Source of the DNA: a virus
IMG/VR virus record: IMGVR_UViG_3300045988_160359
Coordinates: 117,570 to 181,569 of that record
Reading direction: 5' to 3' (one strand)
DNA: 64,000 nucleotides
Part shown: in pieces, positions 9,764 to 18,988 of the stretch
How positions within the stretch are numbered: the stretch's first letter is position 1
Layout of the letters: each line of letters starts with the position of its first letter
Notes under the pieces: generated by a model
Seen by the model: the letters and a program-made list of their open reading frames with translations, nothing else
What the model was told of the DNA's origin: nothing
Databases searched by the model: none
Made by a program: the position numbers and the translations under genes

Positions 9764-11645
9764 TAGCCCTTTCTGCATATTTCTCAATAAATGCCTTACG
9801 AGGACCGACTGCTTCACCCATTAAACTAATAAATGTGGTTGCTACTTGTTCTGCATCTTCCATAGTAATTTGCTTTAAAGTACGAGTTTCTGGATTCATA
9901 ACAGTTTCTTCCATCTCATGAACGTCCATTTCACCAAGACCTTTCATTCGTCCTAATTCAAATTGACGATTCATTGAACTGCGAAATTCTGTTAATGCTC
10001 GTTCATCTTTTAAATATTTAATATTAGTGCCCCAAGTAGCTTTAAATAATGGAGGCACGGCAGTATAAATATAGCCTTTTCCCAGAAGCTCAGGCGCAAA
10101 TTTCCAAATAAATGTTAAAAATAAGACACGAATATGACTACCATCAACATCAGCATCTGCGGTAATAATAATTTTGCCATAACGCAATTTAGATTCATCA
10201 ACAATAACTTTGCCATTTTGAACTTCCAATCCAAATGCATCAATCATAGCACTAATTTCATTATTACTTAATGCTTTATGTAAATCTGCTTTTAAGGTAT
10301 TAATAATCTTACCTTTTAAGGGTAAAACTGCCTGTGTATTACGATTTCGAGCATTTTTTGCGGGGCCTTCAGCAGATTTACCCTCAACGATAAATACTTC
10401 ACAATTTTTTCTATCTTTACTATTGGCATCGCTTAGAATACCGGGAAGCATAGCACGCTTTTTTGTATCAGCTTTACGGACTGTCTCTTTAGCTTTCTTT
10501 GCTTTTTCTCTTGCGGCTCGTGCCAATAATGCTTTATCAACAATAGCTTTAGCATCTTTTTCATTTGACATTAGCCAAACTTTTAAATCTTTAGAAACAA
10601 GACGTTGAACCATTGTGCGTGCTTCGCTGCTTGATAGAACATCTTTAGTCTGGCCTGAAAATACTGGGTCTGGCATAATGAATGAGAGAACTAAAGTTAA
10701 TCCCTCTTTCAATTCTTCGCCAGTAATATTAGCATCTTTATCTTTTAAGAGCCCTTTTTCACGAGCATAATCATTAATTGATGTTGTTAAGGCTGTTCTA
10801 AACCCAGTCAAATGAGTTCCGCCACTATTAGGGATAGAATTGGTATAGAGTTTATAAGTATCGCTATAAGTATCATTATATTGAAGTGCAATTTTTACAC
10901 CAATTCTATCTTCTGTATTTTCAGTATAAAATACAGAAGTAAGAGTAGTTTTTTTATTATTTAAATCTTTAATATAATCTAAAATACCATTCTTGGAGCT
11001 AATAGTTTCTTCTGGTTTATCTTCAAATTTTAATGTAAAGAGCATTCCAGGAGACAAATAAGCTAATTCCTGAATTTGTTTTCTTAGCGCATCATAATCA
11101 AGTTTTATACCTTCCTTGAAAATAGTTGCATCTGGACGGAATTTTACCCAAGTTCCTGTATTTTTATCACTATATTTTTCTTCTTTATAGTTAATTAATT
11201 TACCACATTTAAATGAAGCAGTAGCTTTTTTTTCATCTCTAAATGAAACAACTTGAAATTGTTCAGATAATGCGTTAGTTGCCTTTGCACCGACGCCATT
11301 CATACCACCAGATGTATTATATCCAGTTTTTCCATTACTATCGAATTTAGCACCAGTGTGTAGTTTCGTATAAACATTTACTAATGTTTCACTACCATCT
11401 TTTGCTTTACCGAATGGAACACCACGACCATTATCTTTAACTTCAATATCACCGTCTTTATTAACAGTAATATTACATTCAGTACAATGACCATTTAAAT
11501 ATTCATCGACAGCATTGGAAATAATTTCAAGGGTAATATGTCTTACGCCATCAGGTCCAACTGAACCAATATACATACCTGGTCTAAGTCGGATAGCTTC
11601 AATGCCTTCAAGCGTTTTTATGTCTTTTACGCCATAATCAGACAT
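9750..11645 (-). CDS. Type IIA DNA topoisomerase subunit B (GyrB/ParE-like, about 630 aa)
   Basis: GHKL ATPase region GVRHITLEIISNAVDE and Toprim EGKSAEG / PLKGKIINT. TGA stop at 9750. Confidence 0.85.
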   Translation of the reverse strand: MSDYGVKDIKTLEGIEAIRLRPGMYIGSVGPDGVRHITLEIISNAVDEYLNGHCTECNITVNKDGDIEVKDNGRGVPFGKAKDGSETLVNVYTKLHTGAKFDSNGKTGYNTSGGMNGVGAKATNALSEQFQVVSFRDEKKATASFKCGKLINYKEEKYSDKNTGTWVKFRPDATIFKEGIKLDYDALRKQIQELAYLSPGMLFTLKFEDKPEETISSKNGILDYIKDLNNKKTTLTSVFYTENTEDRIGVKIALQYNDTYSDTYKLYTNSIPNSGGTHLTGFRTALTTSINDYAREKGLLKDKDANITGEELKEGLTLVLSFIMPDPVFSGQTKDVLSSSEARTMVQRLVSKDLKVWLMSNEKDAKAIVDKALLARAAREKAKKAKETVRKADTKKRAMLPGILSDANSKDRKNCEVFIVEGKSAEGPAKNARNRNTQAVLPLKGKIINTLKADLHKALSNNEISAMIDAFGLEVQNGKVIVDESKLRYGKIIITADADVDGSHIRVLFLTFIWKFAPELLGKGYIYTAVPPLFKATWGTNIKYLKDERALTEFRSSMNRQFELGRMKGLGEMDVHEMEETVMNPETRTLKQITMEDAEQVATTFISLMGEAVGPRKAFIEKYAERANVDV

Positions 11646-11649
11646 TTAT

Positions 11650-11725
11650 TAAATCTCCTTCCAATTATTTCTTTTTTATACTTTTTCTTTATATATTTAT
11701 ATTATATCAAAAATTTTTAGAATTG
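11650..11725 (-). promoter_or_regulatory. Conserved phage promoter (TTGACA-17-TGATATAAT)
   Basis: Minus strand reads cgatttcTTGACAattctaaaaattttTGATATAATataaatatataaag. Confidence 0.55.
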
Positions 11726-12784
11726 TCAAGAAATCGTGGCTAAAATTGGTTGAATTTTCTTTAAGTCATCGAGCGAGGTGTTCGCGAATGAAATCCGCGC
11801 ATAACCAGGCATATTATAATTCTCTCCAGAGAGAATATAAATATTATGTTCTGCCAATTCTTTAAATGTTTTGTCAAAATCCTTTACAGGGACACAAAAA
11901 TACAATCCCGCGTCAGGAGCCTTCCAACCGCATGATTCCGCCAAATAATCTCTACGCGTCTTATAATCAATAATTCTATTATCAATAATATTATCCCAAT
12001 TATATTCAACTGCCTTTTGGATAAGAGAATTAGGAGGTCCAATAGTATTAGATTTAATATAAATCATTTTAGATGCAATCATACTATTACCACAAATTGC
12101 GTATCCAAAACGCCAACCGGTTAGAGAATACTTTTTAGAAAAACTTTTAATTACAATAGTGTTAGGCCACATTTGGGCTGACATATAACTGGTTTTTTCT
12201 TTATCATAAATAAAATCTTCATAAACTTCATCTACAATAAGATAAAAATTATTTTCTTCAGCCATATCTGCAAGACGTCGAATGGTAGACGGGTCATAAA
12301 TTTTTCCTGTTGGATTATTCGGATTATTCAGCACAATCGCTCGCGTATTCGGATTGACAAAATTAGAAATTTTTTGTAAAATTTTAGTGAAGTCAGATAA
12401 ATCAATATATCTAACCATACTACCAGAATTACGAATCATATCTGTATAACATGACCAAGTGGGGCCACATACAATATATTCGTTTTTTTCAGTATCTTTT
12501 TTAGTTGCTTGAATAGCAAGATTGATAAGTTCTTTAGCACCATTCCCAATAATAACACAAGTTGGATGACTTGGATAAATTTTTTGACGTAGACTTTGAT
12601 ACCCTGCTACTGGACTATAATTATGAATACCCTTATTCATAGCATATGATAATCCACCTATAATTCGAGGCGGGACTGGATAATTAGGGTCGCCAGTAGC
12701 TAAATTATAAACAGTTTCACCATGTTCTATTCTGGTTTTAATAATTAAATCAATTTCAGAAGGTGTAAAACTCATAAAAATCAT
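11726..12784 (-). CDS. Class I/II PLP-dependent aminotransferase
   Basis: 352 aa with the PLP-lysine region SFSKKYSLTGWRFGY and the aminotransferase fold pattern (NPNNPTG). Confidence 0.7.
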   Translation of the reverse strand: MIFMSFTPSEIDLIIKTRIEHGETVYNLATGDPNYPVPPRIIGGLSYAMNKGIHNYSPVAGYQSLRQKIYPSHPTCVIIGNGAKELINLAIQATKKDTEKNEYIVCGPTWSCYTDMIRNSGSMVRYIDLSDFTKILQKISNFVNPNTRAIVLNNPNNPTGKIYDPSTIRRLADMAEENNFYLIVDEVYEDFIYDKEKTSYMSAQMWPNTIVIKSFSKKYSLTGWRFGYAICGNSMIASKMIYIKSNTIGPPNSLIQKAVEYNWDNIIDNRIIDYKTRRDYLAESCGWKAPDAGLYFCVPVKDFDKTFKELAEHNIYILSGENYNMPGYARISFANTSLDDLKKIQPILATIS

Positions 12785-12848
12785 ACTCCTTTATTAATTT
12801 AATTATATTATAACAAATAAATTAAGAAATAGCAAATAAAAAAAATAA

Positions 12849-12874
12849 GGGTTAGCGAATTAATTCGCTAACCC
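12849..12874 (-). terminator. Intrinsic terminator; perfect 13-bp palindrome GGGTTAGCGAATT/AATTCGCTAACCC flanked by an A/T run
   Basis: Perfect inverted repeat. The minus strand has TTATTTTTTTTATTT just after it. Confidence 0.7.
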
Positions 12875-12884
12875 TGTAAATAGA

Positions 12885-13256
12885 TTATCCAACTGGATCT
12901 TGAGAATTTCCAGAAAATTCATTAATTATATCATCGGTTGAAACATCTTGATGAGGATAGGTTGTATTAGCATAAGCATTATCGATACTTCGTATAATAC
13001 TTTCAAATTTAACACCATCCTTTGTATTTTCTAACGCGGCTTTTTTATAATAAAATACTTGACTCACACCATAAGCACTCCAAGGGAATGCTGCCATAGC
13101 GGTAAGCCAAGGTAATTCACCAAAATACTATTTTATTACACAATAAAATGCCAATACAATAAAACATATGGTAGTTATCCATATTAATATAGATTCTTGT
13201 ATTAGTAAGGTTTTTGAAAATTCTTTTTTCTTCTAACGCATATCTTTTTTAGCCAT
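12885..13256 (-). CDS. Holin-like small membrane protein (about 124 aa) immediately downstream of the endolysin; in-frame TAGs at 13233 and 13128
   Basis: Translates as MAKKDMR[TAG]KKKEFSKTLLIQESILIWITTICFIVLAFYCVIK[TAG]YFGELPWLTAMAAFPW..., with a TM helix. Starts 2 nt after the endolysin stop. Confidence 0.45.
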
Positions 13257-13258
13257 AA

Positions 13259-15097
13259 TTATTTCTTAGTTGTATAGGCAAGATTAATCCATCCGGCACC
13301 ACTTTTTAGCTTACCGAATCCATTTTTCTCTTCAACTATAGTATAAGCACCCTTATTTAAAACCATTACTATTTTACTAGTATTATTTGGTTGAGCGCGG
13401 ACATTTAATTTTTCAACATTAACACGAACTATATATGGGGTAAATGGTTTGGCTGGAATATAAACTATTTTACCTTCAGCATCAAATACTTTATAATCTC
13501 CACCCAATTTATCGCAAGCATTCTTAGCATTTTCTAATGAACTATATGCTCCCATTTGAGTTTTACTATCGGTCCAAGTTTTACGGATACGATATAATTG
13601 AACTTTAGTGGTAGATGAATTAGGAGTATTTGATGGAATAGATGAAGAAGTAGCATTCATCAATTTAGCCACATCAGCACGAACTGTTGCCATTGATTTA
13701 CCAAATTTAGGGAACCAATGGTTAATATCACCATGATTTGATCCTAAACCTAGAGTATTACTATCAGCGTGGCAGAGAATTGTAGGAACATTCATCCCTT
13801 TAAAATTAACTGTGCTATTTGGGTCAATATTATATTTTTTACACAAATAGGCTGTTAATTGGCAGGCTTCTTCATATACTTGCTTTAAATAGGTTTCATT
13901 AGTTAGACCATCTTCACAAATTTCGAATTGAATCCAACCATCATTACAAGAGCCTTTTGGTCCACTACCACAGCCCCAAGGGCGATAATCCCAAGGCATT
14001 GTTTGAACACATCCAACAGTACCATCAGCCATTTTACCCACCCAAGCATTTAATCCAGCTTGACGAGTAATGTGATTCCAGTCATTTTTATTTACATTTT
14101 TGCCTAATCTTGCTATTGCTTCGTTATAACCAGAATCGCCTTCATAGGGCTAAACATAACGTTTTAGCCAAGTATTATTAGCACCAGTGCTATGCCATAA
14201 AACTCCTTTAATCTGCATTTTACTTGTGCCTTTATAACAAGTGCTATTTTTCTACATACAAACAAATGGAGGGTTGCTATCTGTATATTTTAATTTACTG
14301 GTCATTGTGGGCTGTGATGCTTTTTTCAATGCAGTTTGAATTGCTGATAAAGTAGCTGGTCCAGCAATTCCATCAACAGTTAAGCCATTTTTAGACTAGA
14401 AAGAGCGAACTGCTGCTTCAGTTCCAGAACCAAAATCTCCATCAGCTCCCGCAGAACCACATGAATAACCCAGAGAAATTAAATTATTTTGTAAAGCGCG
14501 CACAGCGTCATTTCTATCTCCACGTTTAAGTAAAGCGGTTGTAGAAGTTGCAGAAGTATCACGTTCATATGATGGTGGCATAGTTTTTAAAGTCCAATAT
14601 GCTGGGCGTCCATAACCACGAATGTTTCCAGCACCAACGATTAAAGTTCTACGTTTAACACTATCACTATAATTGCCTTCAATAGTAGTAATTACATTAT
14701 TATTTACTCGTTCTACAATACCAACGTGATCAGCAGAACCATCATTGGGTTGACTAGATTTATCCCAATTATAAAAAATATAATCACCAGGTTCAGGAAT
14801 TTTAGTTCCATTTTCTTCCCATTTACTAATAGGATGATTTTTGAATAATTGAACATGTTTTTCGCATCCTACTTCTGTTGGAATAATATCTGTTAATCCA
14901 GCTTTAATCGCTATAGCAGACGCAAATCCAGAACACCAAGAGTCAGTATATTTTAATGTATAACTACGAGCTAATGGTTTATGAGAATTGTATAAATCTA
15001 CAATTTTTTTATGACTACCATCAGATTCTTTGCATCCAATATATGACTGTGCTAAATAAACGACGTATTCACGCCAAGCTTTTTCAATAGCAGTCAT
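13259..15097 (-). CDS. Multidomain endolysin (CHAP peptidase, PG_binding_1, Amidase_2, SH3-like), 612 aa, with 3 in-frame TAGs (14396, 14252, 14150)
   Basis: CHAP motifs WCSGFASA...DHVGIV. PG_binding_1 LKRGDRNDAVRALQNNLISLGY...GTEAAVRSF[TAG]SKNGLTVDGIAGPATLSAIQ. Amidase_2 MQIKGVLWHSTGANN...HWFPKFGKS. One continuous frame ending at TAA 13259. Confidence 0.8.
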
Positions 15098-15134
15098 TTA
15101 ATCATTCCTCTCTTTAAAAAATTATATATAAAAA

Positions 15135-15158
15135 GAGACGCTCCGAAGAGCGCCTCTA
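15135..15158 (-). terminator. Probable terminator hairpin (CGCTC-cgaa-GAGCG) with a T-run on the minus strand
   Basis: Short GC stem with a tetraloop followed by tctcttttta on the minus strand, between the PhoH and endolysin genes. Confidence 0.4.
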
Positions 15159-15171
15159 AATTGGCTTATTA

Positions 15172-16422
15172 CATTTTTTGAGCAATTTCTGCAATTTTAC
15201 TACGATGAATTGTTTTTAATTCTACTTCACCATATACATCGCTACCTCTAAATATCTTAGATGCTCTACGCATACCATTATTTGCGCCAGCAAAATGCAC
15301 ATCATCAACCTAGGTCTAAGCATCGCCATCAATGATACAAATGCTGTCTTCACCAATACGCTGTAAAGCTAATTTCATTAGAGTAATGTCAAGATTTTGA
15401 GCTTCTGAAATATAAATGCCAGCATTCATACCAGTAGTATCATAACCTCTAATATCTGACATAGGTAATAGAATTAATTTTTCGCGATTCATTAATTCTT
15501 CAACGGCAATTCTATCTCCTAATTTACTAATTAATAGATTACCGATTTGAGAATCAAGAAGTTTTTCATCTCGACTGCCGGGATAAAAACCTAATTTAGC
15601 AGAATTTTTAGTTGCTACAGTATTACAGAAAATAATAACTTTATCAATTTGGCCCCGGTCAAGCATATGAAGTAAAAATCCAAGAGCGAGATAAGTTTTA
15701 CCTGTTCCTGCTGGACCTTTTAACATAGTAATTCTATTATTTACTAAGCTATCACAGGCAAGCTATTGATAAGCATCTCCTTTGATTGGTTTGACTTCAC
15801 CGAACCATCGTGAATTAAATGATTTATAGTCTAAATGTCGATAATATTCGCCATTCCAACATAAACGATCGACGATTTCTCCCTCTGTATTTTTAACAAG
15901 GATATATTCACCAATTTGAAGATTCCATTCATTTTCACTTGGATTTGTATAAAAATCACCCATACAATCATCAGACATAGTAATTTCTTTATACCCAGTA
16001 TAGTCATCAGGCTTATCCTCTTCTAACGATTGAATATTAGAAGTAAATACTCGTGCGATACTTTTTAAAGCTAAGTCATTAGTAATAAATACTATTTTTT
16101 CTTCTGGAAATAATCGCACACATTCCAAATAACAACTCAGAATTTTTGTATCGTTAGTTAGTTCAAAATCTCTTTGTGTTATATTTTGAGCATATGTATT
16201 TTGGTAATTAATAATTAAATATTGACCAAAATGCTCATCTAAATCGTGGAGAAGTTGACGAGCTGAAAATTTTACATTATCATCTTTATTAGTTGATATT
16301 TTTATATTTTCTAATTCTTGTAATGTAATTGAAGAAATAATAAAATCTTTTGGTTCATCAAACAAATTCCCCGCTTTCAGAAGCAGGCTACAGGTATCAT
16401 AGAATTGTCTTGTTTTTATCAT
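15172..16422 (-). CDS. phoH: PIN-domain + PhoH-like ATPase fusion (PhoH2-like), about 416 aa, with 3 in-frame TAGs (15763, 15316, 15310)
   Basis: N-terminal PIN (FYDTCSLL...ITLQELENIK), Walker A GPAGTGKT, and the conserved motif GDA[TAG]T[TAG]VDD aligning to PhoH GD-x-x-Q-x-DL. Track ORFs 15763-16422 and 15316-15726 share one frame. TAA stop at 15172. Confidence 0.75.
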
Positions 16423-16538
16423 TCAGTATCTTCCTCTTCTGTTTTAGATTCTTCTTCCTTTTCTTCAACAGTAAAACCAATTTTTTTAACTATTGTAGTA
16501 GGATTAGAAAGGGCCTTAATGCGAGCCTCACTCTCTGA
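16419..16538 (-). CDS. Small acidic hypothetical protein (about 39 aa) coupled (ATGA) to the PhoH2 start
   Basis: Translates as MSESEARIKALSNPTTIVKKIGFTVEEKEEESKTEEEDTE*. Could extend upstream through two TAGs. Confidence 0.25.
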   Translation of the reverse strand, partial: SESEARIKALSNPTTIVKKIGFTVEEKEEESKTEEEDTE

Positions 16539-16713
16539 CATTTTTTCAGCCTAAGTTTGTTTAACACATTCGAGCTAAGTTAAAAATACTTTGAGTAAGC
16601 CATCTAAACAAGGGATAATATAATCGGAAAAAATTATGCCAGCGAGAAAAACTAATAAATATTTAATAGTATTCACCCTTCCGTTTCTAAATTTAAATTT
16701 TTAGATACGAATA

Positions 16714-17142
16714 TTAATTTGAATTGTCCGGTGTCTCATTCTTTAGACGAATGCGTTTATATAATTTATCTTTTTCTTTGATATAGCCGTGTAAATACTA
16801 TTGTTCATTAGTAATAGCCCGTTTACACATCATTAAATCTTCTTCAAGATTTTTAATTTCAGAATTTAATCGTTTTGAAAAATAATTAGGGGTATCACTT
16901 TCCCAAACTGCTAATGTTGATTTAAGATGATTTAATGCTTCTAATTTTGGTAAAATTTCACAATTTTTTACAAATTTTAAATATTTTTGATGAGCACGAG
17001 ATTCGGCAATAAAACAACCCGTTTTTTCACTCATAAAATCTTCATCATCTGGATGACAATGAGCCTATCCTACAAAGTAATGGTCTTTATATTCAATTAC
17101 ACATAGTGTTTGACCATTATCATATTCAAAAGAAGTTTTCAT
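16714..17142 (-). CDS. Hypothetical protein (about 142 aa) with in-frame TAGs at 17065 and 16798
   Basis: RBS TAAGGAG-N6-ATG at 17140-17142. The 78-aa track ORF extends in frame on both sides through TAGs to a TAA at 16714. Confidence 0.45.
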
Positions 17143-17149
17143 ATGATTC

Positions 17150-17200
17150 TCCTTATATTATTATTTATATTTATATTATATCAAAAAATATAGGAAAATG
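17150..17200 (-). promoter_or_regulatory. Promoter module (conserved family)
   Basis: A/T-rich TATAAT-like element plus TTGAT motif upstream of the 16714-17142 gene. Confidence 0.4.
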
Positions 17201-17316
17201 CAAATAGTCGCTATTTGGTTAAAAAATTGCTATAGGCGCGAAGAATCGAAATTACCGCCGAAGTCGGGAACAAATAAAAAAAATGGGAGAGAAATTAATC
17301 TCTCCCATTAGATATA

Positions 17317-18345
17317 TTAAATTGATATCCAATTGTCAACGTCAAATTTTTCAGGGTCTAAATATTTTTTATCAGTAAATTCATGAACAAATTCTCCACC
17401 TTTAACAAATTCAGTTAAATCAGTGGCATGGAATGGTTCACTACCAGCTCCAACAGTGCGGAATGAACCGCCATTAATTTCAGCTTTTATAGTAGCAATA
17501 GATAATTCATCATTTTCCATAGGATTCCCTTCGAAAAATGGACATTCAGCAATTAATTGACCATTATTAATAATTACATTAATAGGTTGTTTAGTAGAAT
17601 GTTGGGCAATAGCAACTGCTACACCTTTTGAAGTCGGACCACTGCCATTTTTTACCATGCATTCATTGGCAAAACCATAGGCTTCAGCAATACCACCATT
17701 CATAGTAAAATCTCCGCTACGAATTTCAATAGCTGAACGCCCACGAATTACTCCATCATTGAAGGTCATTCTACTATTGAATTGAGGTTGATAATAACCA
17801 CAATTATCTTCTCCAGTAATGATACTTGATGCTTCAATTAAACCACCATTAATAATACATTCAGTATTTCCGCGTCCAGCGTTAGAACCATTACCACTAA
17901 TACCATAACATTGACCAACAATATGTCCACCATTAACAATTAATCTAGCGGGTTTAGAACTATCGTTATCAGTCTTATCAACTGTTAAAACAATGCCGCA
18001 ATATACACAGCCACCAGGACTTACTCCAAAAATTTCACCTTCGCCATTAATAGTTAGAGTTCCACCATGATGGACAGCTAATAGACCAGAATTAAAATTC
18101 CAATTGGGTTTTGCGGTTAATGACTTTCCGTTTAAATTAAGTGTGATATCTTGTCCATCGCCAATTACAACTTGAGCACTCATAACTTCATTACCAATTA
18201 GAGTAATAGTAGATGGAGTAATTCCGCAAGCAATAACCGCTTCATTTAAATTAGCATATCTTTTGCCATTTACTTCTGCAACGTATGCATTAGCATCGAC
18301 GATATTATAAATCTATCCTTTGATTTTAATTTTAGAAATATTCAT
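17317..18345 (-). CDS. Gly/Asn-rich beta-helix-like protein (possible tail fibre/receptor-binding or structural protein), about 342 aa, in-frame TAG at 18313
   Basis: RBS GAGGAGG-N7-ATG at 18343-18345. Repetitive G/N/I-rich sequence typical of a parallel beta-helix. Confidence 0.45.
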
Positions 18346-18349
18346 ATTA

Positions 18350-18871
18350 GCCCTCCTCTACTGTATCAATCAAATCATCAGGCAATACCAAGGTATCTCC
18401 TTCAACCTTAACATCACTTAATTTTTCTACTTTTTCATTAGCTGTAGCTAACTCTGATTTAGTTGTATTAAGTTCAGTTTCTTTATTATTTAAATTCGCT
18501 TGTAAGGTAGTAATTTGAGTTTCTTTTTTAGCTAATGTATTTTTCTGCTCTTGGATTGTAGTAGTTAGTTCATTAATCTACTTAGTTGCTTTAGTTTCTT
18601 TTGCTTGATATTCAGCAACTTGAGTTTCTAGTTCAGCAATACGGGCTTCTGCTTCAGCATTACTTCCACTTCCACCAGCACTTACTAATTTCATTTTTTT
18701 CCAAGCGCGACTCCCACCTGATAAAATATAACTATTACCAGTAGCAATAATATACGCAGTAGAACCAGGTGCATCGAGGACTGATAAATTATTTACTTCT
18801 TTTTCTTCATCAAGAACATATTCTGTCAATCCATATGTAGTGTGTCCACTTTTTGACATTATATTTACCAT
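18350..18871 (-). CDS. Coiled-coil protein (about 173 aa) with in-frame TAG at 18578
   Basis: The C-terminal continuation after the TAG is a heptad-rich coiled coil (INELTTTIQEQKNTLAKKETQITTLQANL...) ending at TAA 18347-18349. Confidence 0.45.
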
Positions 18872-18955
18872 ACTAATGCCTCCTTTATTTTTATATCTAT
18901 TAAATCTAAAAAAATCACGGATGCGATTAGTTGATTATACCCAAGAGCATAAAAA

Positions 18956-18983
18956 TAGACCGCTGAAATTAATCAGCGGTCTA
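18956..18983 (-). terminator. Intrinsic terminator (TAGACCGCTGA/TCAGCGGTCTA, 11-bp stem)
   Basis: Perfect inverted repeat directly after the 18989 stop, followed on the minus strand by TTTTTATG. Confidence 0.7.
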
Positions 18984-18988
18984 TAAAA

